Below the pieces are notes generated by a model. The model saw nothing but the letters and a program-made list of their open reading frames with translations. It had not been told where the DNA came from and searched no databases. DNA of 64,000 nt, taken from an uncultured delta proteobacterium (GTDB taxonomy: Bacteria; Myxococcota_A; Polyangia; Polyangiales; Polyangiaceae). Shown in pieces: positions 11,557 to 21,394 of the stretch; the first letter of the stretch is position 1; the number at the start of each line of letters is the position of its first letter. Made by a program: the position numbers and the translations under genes. The DNA is taken from positions 640,001 through 704,000 of the forward strand of contig CAWJCS010000003.1 in NCBI GenBank assembly GCA_963841435.1. Reading direction: 5' to 3'.

Positions 11557-13364
11557 TGCGCAACCTCTTGGGCCCGGAGGCGGAAAGAGTCACTCTGAGT
11601 GAGGTCGGTGATGAGATCGAGCACCGTGTAGCCACCCGCGCTGAGCTTCGATGTGAGGGTGTCAACGGTGCAGGCGTCGGCCGAGTTGAGTGTTCGCTGG
11701 TAGGCGAACTCGACCCACTTCTTGGCGAAGCAGTGCTGCGCCGCGGGCGAGGCGGCGATGGCGTCCATCTCGTCCTTGAAGCCCAGCACGTCCACGGTTT
11801 CGTCGCCGAGGGTCACCGACGCGGTCGTGTCGATGGCCGCCCCGGTGTCGAGCTCGCTGGTCTGCCATTTGCCGATGGCGTCGAACGACTCGAGCGGGAA
11901 GCCCGCCGGGTTGATGTAGCCATGGTGGCAGCCTGCGCAGTCGGCAGGTGCCGTCAGGGCGTCCATGTTTTCGCGGTTCGTCGAGCCCGAGGTCGGGATG
12001 GCGGCGGACTGCGCGTTGGCTGGCGGCGACCCGAGCTCCTGACAGAGCACGTCCTTCTGGATGAAGGCACCGCGCAAGATGGGCGAGGTCCTACCGTAGG
12101 CCGCGTTGACCGTGAGGAACCCGACCTGCGTCAGGAAGCCCGAGCGCGTCGCCGGGTCCAGGTTGGCGAGCATCAAATCAGCACCGAACGCCGCCGGGTC
12201 CAACCCGTAGAGCGGCGCGAGGTCCTTGTTGACGAAGGCCACCGGCTCGGTGATGAGGTCCTGGAACGTTCCGCCACTGTCGAAGATCACGTGGTCGAAG
12301 AACGCCAACGTGGACTGCGTGAGGAGCGGAACCAACGCCTGCGAGAAGAGCGGGTAACGAGCCGGGTCGCGTTGAATGTCGGCCCAGCGCGTACCAGCTC
12401 CCATCTTCAGGAAGGCCTGGTTGAAGCTCGAGACCTTGGAGCGCGCCTGCGGGCTCTGCAGCATCCGTTCCGCCTGCGCCCTGATTTGCTCCGCGGTTCC
12501 GAGCGCGTTCGAGGCCGCGGCCGCCATCAGCTCGGCATCGGGCTTGCTATCCCACAGCATGTACGAGAGGCGAGAGGCCACCTCGTAAGCGCCCAGGGCG
12601 AAGAGGTCACCCTGCGCTTGCTGCGCGATCTCGGCACGCGTCAGGAACGACGGCGAGACGAGGAAGGACTGAAGCATCAGCTTCGCCACCTCGTCGAACG
12701 TCCCGGTTTCGGTGATCGTCGCGGCCTGGTTGAACATGGTCATGAACCGCGTGACCTCGGTCTCGGCGAGGGGCCTGCGGAACGCCTGCTCGCCGAACGT
12801 CCGGACGAACTGGTCGGCACACGCGGCATCCTGCGTGGAGCAGGGGATGGCGCGAGCCTTGGCGGCCGGATCGCTCATGACTTGCGTCGCGATGGCGGCT
12901 GCCGCGTCCTTGTAGCCCTGCCAGGTGCGGTCATCCATGCTCCCGAAGGAGTCGGGGGCCAGCACCGAGACCGCCGCCGAAGCGTCGATCTGGAACAGGT
13001 CCTGAACCGTGTTCGCGAACTGCGAGTTGGTGAGCCGAGGGAGCTGGCTCGTGATGGGAACGCCAGGCACGCAGGTGGATGGGTTCCCGACTGCGCCCGA
13101 GGAGCCGCCCGAGCTCGTGGTTCCGGCGGTGCTACCGCCGGTGCCCGTGCCACCGCTTCCGGTCGCACCCGAGCCCGTGCCGCCGCTTCCGGTGGCACCC
13201 GACCCCATGGTCGCCCCGCTGCCCGTGCCGGGACTGGCGCCAGACCCCGGATTGTTCGGGTTCCCGGGGTCACCCACGGCGGGGGCCTCGATCTTCCCCG
13301 TGCAGCCCGCCGCCAGGGCGGCTGCAAGGACTATCTGACTCCTCCAGGTGTACATGGCAATCAC
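11553..13364 (-). CDS. DUF1592/1587/1595/1588/1585 lipoprotein with a CxxCH heme motif
   Basis: Lipobox LAAGC, G/S/T linker, RLTNSQF, AFRRPL, YEVASRLSYMLW..PD, TSPILRG, CAGCH, GFPLESFDAIG. Confidence 0.9.
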   Translation of the reverse strand: MIAMYTWRSQIVLAAALAAGCTGKIEAPAVGDPGNPNNPGSGASPGTGSGATMGSGATGSGGTGSGATGSGGTGTGGSTAGTTSSGGSSGAVGNPSTCVPGVPITSQLPRLTNSQFANTVQDLFQIDASAAVSVLAPDSFGSMDDRTWQGYKDAAAAIATQVMSDPAAKARAIPCSTQDAACADQFVRTFGEQAFRRPLAETEVTRFMTMFNQAATITETGTFDEVAKLMLQSFLVSPSFLTRAEIAQQAQGDLFALGAYEVASRLSYMLWDSKPDAELMAAAASNALGTAEQIRAQAERMLQSPQARSKVSSFNQAFLKMGAGTRWADIQRDPARYPLFSQALVPLLTQSTLAFFDHVIFDSGGTFQDLITEPVAFVNKDLAPLYGLDPAAFGADLMLANLDPATRSGFLTQVGFLTVNAAYGRTSPILRGAFIQKDVLCQELGSPPANAQSAAIPTSGSTNRENMDALTAPADCAGCHHGYINPAGFPLESFDAIGKWQTSELDTGAAIDTTASVTLGDETVDVLGFKDEMDAIAASPAAQHCFAKKWVEFAYQRTLNSADACTVDTLTSKLSAGGYTVLDLITDLTQSDSFRLRAQEVAQ

Positions 13365-13457
13365 CTCATTCAGGTGTTGAAAATTCGAAAAAATGCGGCG
13401 CTATAGCGTTTAAGCTCAGGGCGCACGCGGGGCGCTACTGACCTCTACGGACGTTAT

Positions 13458-13477
13458 TGTAACTGGCGCCAGTAACA
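13458..13477. promoter_or_regulatory. Near-perfect palindrome upstream of the DUF1592 operon (candidate operator)
   Basis: TGTAACTGGCGCCAGTAACA, perfect 12-bp core. Confidence 0.35.
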
Positions 13478-14193
13478 TCAGGCACGGGATCCGGATCGCG
13501 TATCTGTTTTTTTTCCTTGAGCTTTTTGACGGTGACGCGAATTTTCCGCCCCTGAATCAGGATCGAGGCTCGATGACGAAAGCAGCATATCTTTCGCCTG
13601 ATCCGCGAATACGGTAATCCGTTGCTACCCGAGGTGTTCGGCTTCGATGGAACGGCGGTCGCGCACGCGAAAAAAGCTCGCTGAACGACGCCAGAAACGG
13701 CTCTTTCGTGGCTGAGAGCGGGGCGTTCTCCCCCCGTTTCGCTTGCCCACGATCCCTCGACTCGCGGGACGCTCCCGGGGCACGAAAACAATGGTGCGCA
13801 GGCGGAAAAGACCACGGAGTGCCTACCACAGCAGCGCTTTCCACCAACAAGCGATCATGCTTATACAAATAACGACTCTCGAGGCTCACCGTCGCCGGCC
13901 GAGCGGCGCCGCTCGGAGGCCAACCTTGCGGATTTTTTGCGATCGCGCGGGGTGCCGCGAGATTTCTCGTCCCACGGGATTGCGCGATGTCGAGCCCCAA
14001 AGATCGGATTGTACAAGGGCGTATTGGTACCGGTTCCATTGGATCGGACCTGCATGAACGGCCCCGCGCGGCACCGAGCGGGCGGGCGAACCGGGTAGCC
14101 CGCTCACTCTGACCATGGCGGCAAGCGAGCTCGATGGTCGGCGAGCAGCTTGCGTCAGGGTCAGCCCGCCCGATCGGCGCGGGCCAACGGGCG

Positions 14194-14580
14194 TCAACTG
14201 CTACGCCGTAGCTTGAAATAGACAGCCGCGACGGCCAAGAGGCAAACGGCAACGAGCCACGCGTAGCCCTGCCCGGCAGGCAGCGGCGCGGTCGGCTTCA
14301 CGGGCGGCGCGACGGGAATGCACCAGACCTCGCCCCAGCCTTTTGCGTCACCGCGCGTGCGGCACTTCTTCGTGTAGCCACGCGAGCCGAACCGATCGAC
14401 GCAGGCGTCGGGTTTTTCGGACAACGTCTCGCACATCTCGCAGTCGTTGTTCGGCTCCTGCACGTAGTGCACGGTGCACGACTCGACGGCACCGTGGGGC
14501 TCGTCCAGGGCAGCGCGCGCTCCGTTTGGCGCGAATCCGAGCGTGAGACACAAAGCGAGCGTTTCGACGACGGCCTTCAC
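14194..14580 (-). CDS. Small secreted Cys-rich protein with C-terminal membrane anchor
   Basis: Signal peptide, six Cys in the mature domain, Pro linker, TM helix then KLRRSS. Confidence 0.7.
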   Translation of the reverse strand: MKAVVETLALCLTLGFAPNGARAALDEPHGAVESCTVHYVQEPNNDCEMCETLSEKPDACVDRFGSRGYTKKCRTRGDAKGWGEVWCIPVAPPVKPTAPLPAGQGYAWLVAVCLLAVAAVYFKLRRSS

Positions 14581-14691
14581 GGGTCCATGGCGCGCGGCGA
14601 CCCGGTGCACGCGCGCAGCTTGCCCGCTCGACAATGCTTCGTCAACGGGGCCGGACGCCGCACCACGTCGGCGTACCGCGCGTTCGCGCGA

Positions 14692-15705
14692 TCAGTGCGC
14701 GCCCGGGCCGTTCCCTGCGCGGCCGGTTTCACCACGACCCGCAAGGACGCCCGCGCGTTGCTGGGAACGCACGCCTTCCACCGACGCAATCCGGAACGGG
14801 GGGCTCGCCTCGCCGAAGTAGAGCGTGCGGTGCGGAAACGGGATCTCGACGCCGGCAGCGTCGAAGGCCTTCTTCAGGCGACGCCGATATTCCCGGCCAA
14901 TCGACCACTGCTCGCTCGGCTTGGTCTTGAGGCGCGCCTTGATGACGACGGCGCTGTCGCCGAACGATTCGACGCCGAAGATCTCCATCGGCTCTAGGAT
15001 CTTCGCACCGAACGCGTCGTCGCCGCGAAGACCGTCGGAGACCGTCCGCATGAGTTCGACGACTCGGTCCGTGTCTTCCTTGTAGGCGACGCCGACCTCG
15101 AAAACCATTGCCGACCACACCTTGGTCATGTTCGACAGCGTATCGATCTTGCCATTTTGGAAGACGTGCACGACGCCGGAAAGGTCGCGCAGCGTTATCG
15201 TCCGCAGGCCCATCGACTCCACGAGGCCTCCCGTGCCGTTGATGATCGCCACGTCACCGTTCCGCACGTGATTCTCGAGCAAGATGAAGAAGCCGGAGAT
15301 CACGTCGCGTACGAGCTCCTGGGCACCGAAGCCCACGGCGAGCCCGATGATGCCCGCTCCCGCGATGAGCGGCGCAATGTTCACGCCGACCTGCATCAAG
15401 AGCAGCATGAAGACGAGCCCCCACACGACGACGCGACCGGCCTTGCGCACGATCGCGATGAGCGTTTCCGCACGCTTCGCGTGCTCGCGGGCGATCGCTT
15501 CCTCGGCGTCGGCGCCGCGTTCGGCGGCGCGCGCCGCGAGCCTCTTGCAGCCGAGGTTCAAGAGCCTCAAGAGCACCCAGGCGACGAGCAGCACGACCAG
15601 CACGCGCGGCGCTGCCTTGATTGACCATGCGACGGTCTCCTCGGTGATGCGCTGCCAGAACGCGAGGTCGAGCCAGCTCGTGGGGTCGGCGACGGTAGTA
15701 TCCAT
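14692..15705 (-). CDS. mscS: Small-conductance mechanosensitive channel (MscS/YbiO-like)
   Basis: LIAGAGIIGLAVGFGAQELVRDVISGFFILLENHVRNGD; GVEIPFP. Confidence 0.93.
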   Translation of the reverse strand: MDTTVADPTSWLDLAFWQRITEETVAWSIKAAPRVLVVLLVAWVLLRLLNLGCKRLAARAAERGADAEEAIAREHAKRAETLIAIVRKAGRVVVWGLVFMLLLMQVGVNIAPLIAGAGIIGLAVGFGAQELVRDVISGFFILLENHVRNGDVAIINGTGGLVESMGLRTITLRDLSGVVHVFQNGKIDTLSNMTKVWSAMVFEVGVAYKEDTDRVVELMRTVSDGLRGDDAFGAKILEPMEIFGVESFGDSAVVIKARLKTKPSEQWSIGREYRRRLKKAFDAAGVEIPFPHRTLYFGEASPPFRIASVEGVRSQQRAGVLAGRGETGRAGNGPGAH

Positions 15706-15718
15706 GGCGCGCGACCGA

Positions 15719-15733
15719 GCAGGATTGGTGCCA
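15719..15733 (-). promoter_or_regulatory. sigma54 -24/-12 promoter of mscS
   Basis: TGGCACCAATCCTGC (GG-N10-GC) ending 13 nt before the ATG. Confidence 0.55.
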
Positions 15734-15808
15734 GCGTGGCGTCGCTCGTGTTGCCTCGAGATCGGCTGAGCGCGTGGCGATCCGCCCCAGCGTGGCGATC
15801 GTGCGGGC

Positions 15809-17071
15809 TCAGGGGCTTACGGACTGCTCCCAGAACACAACGTCGCCTTCGCGGTTGGCGACGAACGAAACGCCGCCATCCTGGGAGATCACGACGGCGA
15901 GGCCAGTCGGGTGATCGCCTGCGAAGCGATACGCCGCGCGGTGCCGCGTTCCGACGTTTTCGATTTCCTCGGGCTCTCGCGCGCGTGCCTCGAGGTCGAG
16001 CGCGCGAAAGACTCGGTCAGGCGCCGGAAGCTCCGCGGATACCTCGGCGCCGAACCCGAGCAGCGTGAAGCGCTTGTCGAGGACGACCGCCCCGTCAACG
16101 GCCGCAAGGTTCGCGATCGCCCTGCTGAGCTCGAACAAGCGCCGCTCGAGCTTTTCGAGGTACGCGCTCGGGCTGTCGGCGAAATCCACCCAGCCGACGG
16201 ACGGTTTGGAAGTCGCGGCGGCCACCGCGTCGAGGATCTCGAGCAACAGGCTGCGGTAGCGCCGAGCCGGCTCGTCCTGCTCAAGCCGGTATTTCAGGCG
16301 CAGCCCACGTAGCGGCTCGGGATCCGGCCCCGCGGGGTCAACCATCAGCAACATGCCGCCGTGTCGCGCGCCGCGAACGAGCTGGATCGTGCGCCTTACC
16401 ATCTGCTGGGCCACCCGGCCCACGAGCGAGTGCTCGACGGAGGTGGGCGAGGGGCTACGCAGCTGATGGGCGTCGTGCTCGGCGCGAACCTCCTCGCGCT
16501 CTCGCGCGAACAGCGCCGGCAGCCACTCGGATTCGAACACGTCGAGCGTGGCATCGACGAGCAGGCCGCGTTGGATGCCGCCGACGAGCTTGCCGGCGCT
16601 GCGCACCGCGATCTCGCCCGGACCCGTCACGTGGACGATGGGGTCGAAGGTCCAGTTCGGAACGGTGCTTCTGCCGCCCCAGGTCGGCGCGAGCCACGCG
16701 GGGCCAGAATGGGCCGCACCCCAGATGCGAAGCCGCGACCCCTCGGGCCATGCGCCGATGAGGGAGGTCTCGAACGGAACGGCCAGCGCGAGCCGCCGAA
16801 GCTCCTCGACGTTGAACGGGCGGCTGCGATCGAAGGAGAGGCGCAGCACTCCCTCGTTGGGCGCGCCCGACTCCGGAAGATCCTCGCGCGGCGTGAGCAG
16901 CAGACGAAACCGCAGCGGTCTCGCTTCCTCGACCGTCATCGACGCCTGATAGGCGACCGTGAGCGCTTGCTCGAGGATCGTCAGCGGAACGCGCAACCCC
17001 GCCGTGGCGGCAGGCCAGTGCTCCTCGACGTAGCGGGAAAGCTCGGGAGGGTAGGCGTGGGCGCGCGTCAT
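15809..17071 (-). CDS. Diadenylate cyclase (DisA_N/DAC)-domain protein with N-terminal putative sensor region
   Basis: AAVDGAVVL, GTRHRAAY and VISQDG DAC motifs; start MTRAHAYP. Confidence 0.8.
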   Translation of the reverse strand: MTRAHAYPPELSRYVEEHWPAATAGLRVPLTILEQALTVAYQASMTVEEARPLRFRLLLTPREDLPESGAPNEGVLRLSFDRSRPFNVEELRRLALAVPFETSLIGAWPEGSRLRIWGAAHSGPAWLAPTWGGRSTVPNWTFDPIVHVTGPGEIAVRSAGKLVGGIQRGLLVDATLDVFESEWLPALFAREREEVRAEHDAHQLRSPSPTSVEHSLVGRVAQQMVRRTIQLVRGARHGGMLLMVDPAGPDPEPLRGLRLKYRLEQDEPARRYRSLLLEILDAVAAATSKPSVGWVDFADSPSAYLEKLERRLFELSRAIANLAAVDGAVVLDKRFTLLGFGAEVSAELPAPDRVFRALDLEARAREPEEIENVGTRHRAAYRFAGDHPTGLAVVISQDGGVSFVANREGDVVFWEQSVSP

Positions 17072-17164
17072 CGCCGCGAGTATGCCAAAGCGCGGCGCCG
17101 CGTGCCGGACGCCCGGACCGCGCGGACGAGCCCGGTCGCCGCCCGGCCCGAGCCGCGAGTCAAC

Positions 17165-17250
17165 GTCGCGATAGCAAAGCCCCGGCGCGATCTCCTCGTC
17201 GAGGTTCTCGGAGAGGTCCGCCGCGTCGCCCGCGAGCAGGATGGGAACTT
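17165..17250 (-). pseudogene. Remnant of an N-acyl-homoserine lactonase-like metallo-beta-lactamase C-terminus
   Basis: PILLAGDAADLSENLDEEIAPGLC; no HxHxDH part. Confidence 0.4.
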
Positions 17251-17516
17251 CCTCGAGCAGCCGCTGCTTTCCGATCGTCACTTTTACACTTGAAGCCAAC
17301 GCGTGCTCGCCCCCGGGCGGCGGGCCCGGCGCGCCAGCGACGATCCCTTTTCGAAACACTCCCACGTCCTCGCAACCGAGCCGTCGCGGCAAGCGCGACA
17401 TACGAGAACGGGACGTGACCGGACGGTGGCATGATCACCAGATCGATTCGATCTTGTTACGCCGATGGCGGGTCGGGTGTGCGAGGACGGGGGCCTTGCG
17501 AAAGGACTCCCCTGTC

Positions 17517-19574
17517 ATGGCGCGGACGCTCTCTGGATCTATTGCTCTCGGTGCAGTTTCCCTCGTGGTTCTTGCGGTCGCCTGTTCGGGTGACAGCGGC
17601 CCTGCCGGCCCTGCCGGCAAAAACGGCGTGGACGGCAAGGACGGTACCGACCTCACGGGCGAAGCTGGGGCTTCCACGGGCGCCGCCGGCATGGACGGGA
17701 CGGATGGCAAGGACGGCGTGAAGGGTACCGACGGCATGAACGGTACCAACGGCACGAACGGCACCGACGGCATGAACGGTACCAACGGCATGAACGGTAC
17801 CAACGGCATGAACGGTACCAACGGCATGAACGGTACCGACGGTATGGACGGCGTGGACGGGTACCTGGGAGCCACCTTCTCGCCCGTTGCCTACCCGACG
17901 ACCGACGCCGAGAAGCGCGAAATCCTGGCCTCGAGCTCGGTGACGATTGGCTCGGCGTCGTATCCGATCGGGTTTCACGTCCTCGCTCGCTCCGGGCAGG
18001 TCTTCGGGCCGAACAAGTTCGGGCTGATGGTCGATCATGCGATGAACGCCATCCAGAACGAGGACACGTCCGAGCTCATCAGCGATGCCGCCGACTTTTC
18101 GTCGATCCTCAAGGTGGGGCAGAAGCTCTTCAGCATCACGCACTTCGAGTCGAGCCCCGGCGGCATGTACGTGAGCGAGGTCAGCCAGAGCTCGACGAGC
18201 GGCGCGCTCTCTTACACTTCGGCCGTGCCCATCGATTTTTCGAGCGTGCACGGGCTCTGGACGCCCTGCGCCGGCAGCGTGACGCCCTGGGGCAACCACC
18301 TCGGTAGCGAGGAGTATCCGCCGGACGCGGAAGCGTACGAGGGGGCGGCCGATTTCGCGTCCCTCGCCGGCGAAATCAAGGAGATGGTGCGATTCTTCGG
18401 CGTCAATCCGTACGACAGCGCCACCGACCTCGCGGCCGTGCAGGGCGTCTTCAGCCCGTACTACTACGGCTACGCCGTGGAGGTCGCGCTCGACACGACC
18501 GGGGCTCCGACGGTTCACAAGCGCTACGCCATGGGGCGCAAAGCGCTCGAGCTCGCCTACGTGATGCCCGACCAGAAGACCGTGTACATGTCGGACGATG
18601 GTACGAACACGGGATTTTTCATGTTCGTCGCGGACACGGCGGGCGACCTGTCCTCCGGCAATCTCTACGCCGCGAAGTGGGTGCAGACGAGCCCCGCCGG
18701 CGCCTCGGGCGCCACGGCAGACATCGTGTGGATCGACCTCGGCGCGGGCACGGACACGGCCGTGGAGGCGTTGATCGACGGCGGCACCAAGTTCTCGGAC
18801 ATCTTCGCCACGGCGGCCCCGACCGGTAGCACCTGCCCGACGGGCTTCAGCGCGTCGATCGCCGACGGCACCTTCGAGTGCCTCCAGGTCAAGACGGGCA
18901 TGGAGCTCGCGGCGTCTCGCCTCGAGACGAAGCGCTACGCATCGATGCTGGGCGCGACGCTCGAGTTCCGCAAGGAGGAAGGCATCACCTTCGATCCGAC
19001 GAGCAGCACGCTGTTCGTGGCCATGACGGAGGTGTCGAACGGCATGCTCGACGGTCACGCCAAAGACAACGGCGGCCCGAACGACATCAAGGTCGCCGGG
19101 AACTCGTGCGGCGTGGTCTTCGCGCTCGACGTGTCACCGAGCGCCGCGCTCGGTACGAGCTACGCGGCAACCTCCTTCCGCGCGTTCGTCGAGGGAATGC
19201 CCGTGAGCTACCCGGCCGGCTCGGTGTACGCCGGCTACAGCTGCAGCATCAACGGCATTGCGAGCCCCGACAACGTGACGTTCATGCCCGAGTATCACAC
19301 GCTCATCATTGGCGAGGACACGGGCGGCGGCCATCAAACGGACCTCATCTGGGCGTACGACCTCGTGACGCGCAAGCTCACGCGCATCCAGACCACGCCG
19401 TACGGCTCCGAGACGACGTCGCCCTACTGGTATCCGGACGTGAACGGCTTCGGCTACCTCCGGAGCGTCGTCCAGCATCCGTACGGCGAGTCGGACACCG
19501 ACAAGGTCGCGGCGGACTCGGCGGAGCGCCGCGCCTACGTCGGCTTCATCGGGCCCTTCCCCGCCGCACCGTGA
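17517..19574 (+). CDS. phoX: PhoX-type alkaline phosphatase lipoprotein with collagen-like Gly-X-Y stalk
   Basis: Lipobox LAVAC; about 20 Gly-X-Y triplets; PCAGSVTPWGNHLGSEEY, MGRKALE, SPDN, IGED, VVQHPYGE. Confidence 0.88.
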   Translation: MARTLSGSIALGAVSLVVLAVACSGDSGPAGPAGKNGVDGKDGTDLTGEAGASTGAAGMDGTDGKDGVKGTDGMNGTNGTNGTDGMNGTNGMNGTNGMNGTNGMNGTDGMDGVDGYLGATFSPVAYPTTDAEKREILASSSVTIGSASYPIGFHVLARSGQVFGPNKFGLMVDHAMNAIQNEDTSELISDAADFSSILKVGQKLFSITHFESSPGGMYVSEVSQSSTSGALSYTSAVPIDFSSVHGLWTPCAGSVTPWGNHLGSEEYPPDAEAYEGAADFASLAGEIKEMVRFFGVNPYDSATDLAAVQGVFSPYYYGYAVEVALDTTGAPTVHKRYAMGRKALELAYVMPDQKTVYMSDDGTNTGFFMFVADTAGDLSSGNLYAAKWVQTSPAGASGATADIVWIDLGAGTDTAVEALIDGGTKFSDIFATAAPTGSTCPTGFSASIADGTFECLQVKTGMELAASRLETKRYASMLGATLEFRKEEGITFDPTSSTLFVAMTEVSNGMLDGHAKDNGGPNDIKVAGNSCGVVFALDVSPSAALGTSYAATSFRAFVEGMPVSYPAGSVYAGYSCSINGIASPDNVTFMPEYHTLIIGEDTGGGHQTDLIWAYDLVTRKLTRIQTTPYGSETTSPYWYPDVNGFGYLRSVVQHPYGESDTDKVAADSAERRAYVGFIGPFPAAP
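17733..17840 (+). repeat. 18-bp tandem repeat x6 (GGCATGAACGGTACCAAC, GMNGTN)
   Basis: Six near-identical units read directly. Confidence 0.9.
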
Positions 19575-19587
19575 CGCGAGGCCCGAA

Positions 19588-21357
19588 GTGAGCTGGGGTC
19601 GCGCAGCGACGCTCGCGACGCTCTTCGCCGGGACGGCGGTCGCCGTCCTACCAGCGCGCGGCAGGCTGCCGGATCGAGCCGGCGCCGCCGCGCGCCCGGC
19701 GGCGTCGGCAAGCCACGCGCCGCGCGACCTTCGCGAAAAGGGGCTCCACAATCCGGCTCCTTACATTCCCGCGCAATGCTACGCGCGCACGAAGGACGAC
19801 GCCGGCCGCGCGCACAACGGCTGTTACGTCTGCCATCAGGCTCCGGCGATCCCCAATTTCACCGACGATCGCGACCTCCAAGTCTCTCTCGATTTCCCCG
19901 AGCCGGCTCGCAAGAACCACTGGCGGAGCAGCCGGGCACCGACGGGCGCCGAGCCGACACCCGAGCAGGTGCGGCGCTATGTGCGGGAGGACAACTACCT
20001 CGGCGCCGACGGCGCGCCCGTGCTCGCGCGCCTGCTCGCGCATCCGCCAGCACGATGGGATGCCGACGGCGACGGCCGGTTCGCGGGCTTCGTTCCCGAT
20101 GCCTACTTTCGCTTCGATGAGCGAGGCTTCGACCACGACGCCGCGGGCGCCTACACGGGCTGGCGCGCCTACGCATCGGCGCCGTTCCCTGGCGCGTTCT
20201 TACCCACGAATGGCAGCGCCGGAGACACGCTGATCCGCCTGCCCGAGCCCTTCCGAAAGGACGAGAGTGGTAGGCCCGACATCGTAGTCTACACGGTGAA
20301 CCTCGCCATCGTCGAAGCGCTCATCGCGCGTCGCGACGTCGCGCTCGATGCCGTTGACGAGCGCCGACTCGGCGTGGACCTCGACGGGAACGGCACGCTC
20401 GGGCGCGCTCAGCGCGTGAGGTTCGACTGGGCGCCGCGCGAGGGGCGCACGATGAGCTACGTGGGGCGAGCCCGGCTCGCGCAACGAGCGGGCGAGACGA
20501 TGCTTGCCGCGGGGCTCTTTCCGCCCGGCACGGAGTTTTTGCACAGCGTGCGCTACCTCGACGAAACCGGCGGCAAGGTGACGCTCGCCCGGCGCATGAA
20601 GGAGCTACGCTACGCGAAGAAGCGGCGCTATCGAAACTACTCGGAGCTCCAGTTCGCGGCCTCCAGGGAGCGCAAGGAGACCCACGACTACCCGGACCGC
20701 GTTCGCCAGCTGTTCGGCAACGTCGAGCGCGGCGTCAACAACGGGCTCGGCTGGGTCTACCAGGGCTTCATCGAGGACGCCGCGGGCGAGCTTCGCCCTC
20801 AGACCTTCGAGGAGACCGGCTTTTGCGTCGGATGCCACGGCGGCATCGGTGCGACGACCGACGGAACTTTCTCGTTCGCCCGCAAGCTTGGCGACGACGC
20901 GTTTCAGCGCGGTTGGTTCCATCCGAGCCAGCACGGCCTCGAGGGCATCGCCGACCGCCTGCTTGCCGACGGGCGGCGCGAGTACGCGACCTATCTCGAA
21001 AAGAACGGTGCCGGCGACGACTTCCGCGAGAATGACGAGGTGCTCGCACGCTTCTTCGAGCGCGACGGCTCGCTGCGAAAGCGGGCCGTCGAGGACCTTT
21101 CGCGCGACATCTCGACGCTCGTCTGGCCGTCGCCGGCGCGCGCTCGGGCGCTGAACCGGAGCTACCTGTCGCTCGTGCGCGCGCAGTCGTTCGTGCTCGG
21201 TCGCGGCCCGCTGCCGGCGAGCCGCGGCTCGGTGCTCGAAACGGTGGCCGAAGGGCAGCAGACGGGCATCGAAGGTCCCTTCGACCCGCGCGAGGCGCCC
21301 CGCGCACCGTTTGGCCAGCTGCGCGCAGACTCCCTCGGGCGCGGCAGCTCGGGGTAG
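19588..21357 (+). CDS. Secreted hypothetical protein with two CxxCH motifs (putative diheme cytochrome c)
   Basis: CYVCH and CVGCH; N-terminal hydrophobic segment; 13 bp after phoX. Confidence 0.75.
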   Translation: MSWGRAATLATLFAGTAVAVLPARGRLPDRAGAAARPAASASHAPRDLREKGLHNPAPYIPAQCYARTKDDAGRAHNGCYVCHQAPAIPNFTDDRDLQVSLDFPEPARKNHWRSSRAPTGAEPTPEQVRRYVREDNYLGADGAPVLARLLAHPPARWDADGDGRFAGFVPDAYFRFDERGFDHDAAGAYTGWRAYASAPFPGAFLPTNGSAGDTLIRLPEPFRKDESGRPDIVVYTVNLAIVEALIARRDVALDAVDERRLGVDLDGNGTLGRAQRVRFDWAPREGRTMSYVGRARLAQRAGETMLAAGLFPPGTEFLHSVRYLDETGGKVTLARRMKELRYAKKRRYRNYSELQFAASRERKETHDYPDRVRQLFGNVERGVNNGLGWVYQGFIEDAAGELRPQTFEETGFCVGCHGGIGATTDGTFSFARKLGDDAFQRGWFHPSQHGLEGIADRLLADGRREYATYLEKNGAGDDFRENDEVLARFFERDGSLRKRAVEDLSRDISTLVWPSPARARALNRSYLSLVRAQSFVLGRGPLPASRGSVLETVAEGQQTGIEGPFDPREAPRAPFGQLRADSLGRGSSG

Positions 21358-21394
21358 CGCGGTGTTTCCATGTGCCCGTGAGGGCGGCGCGCGC

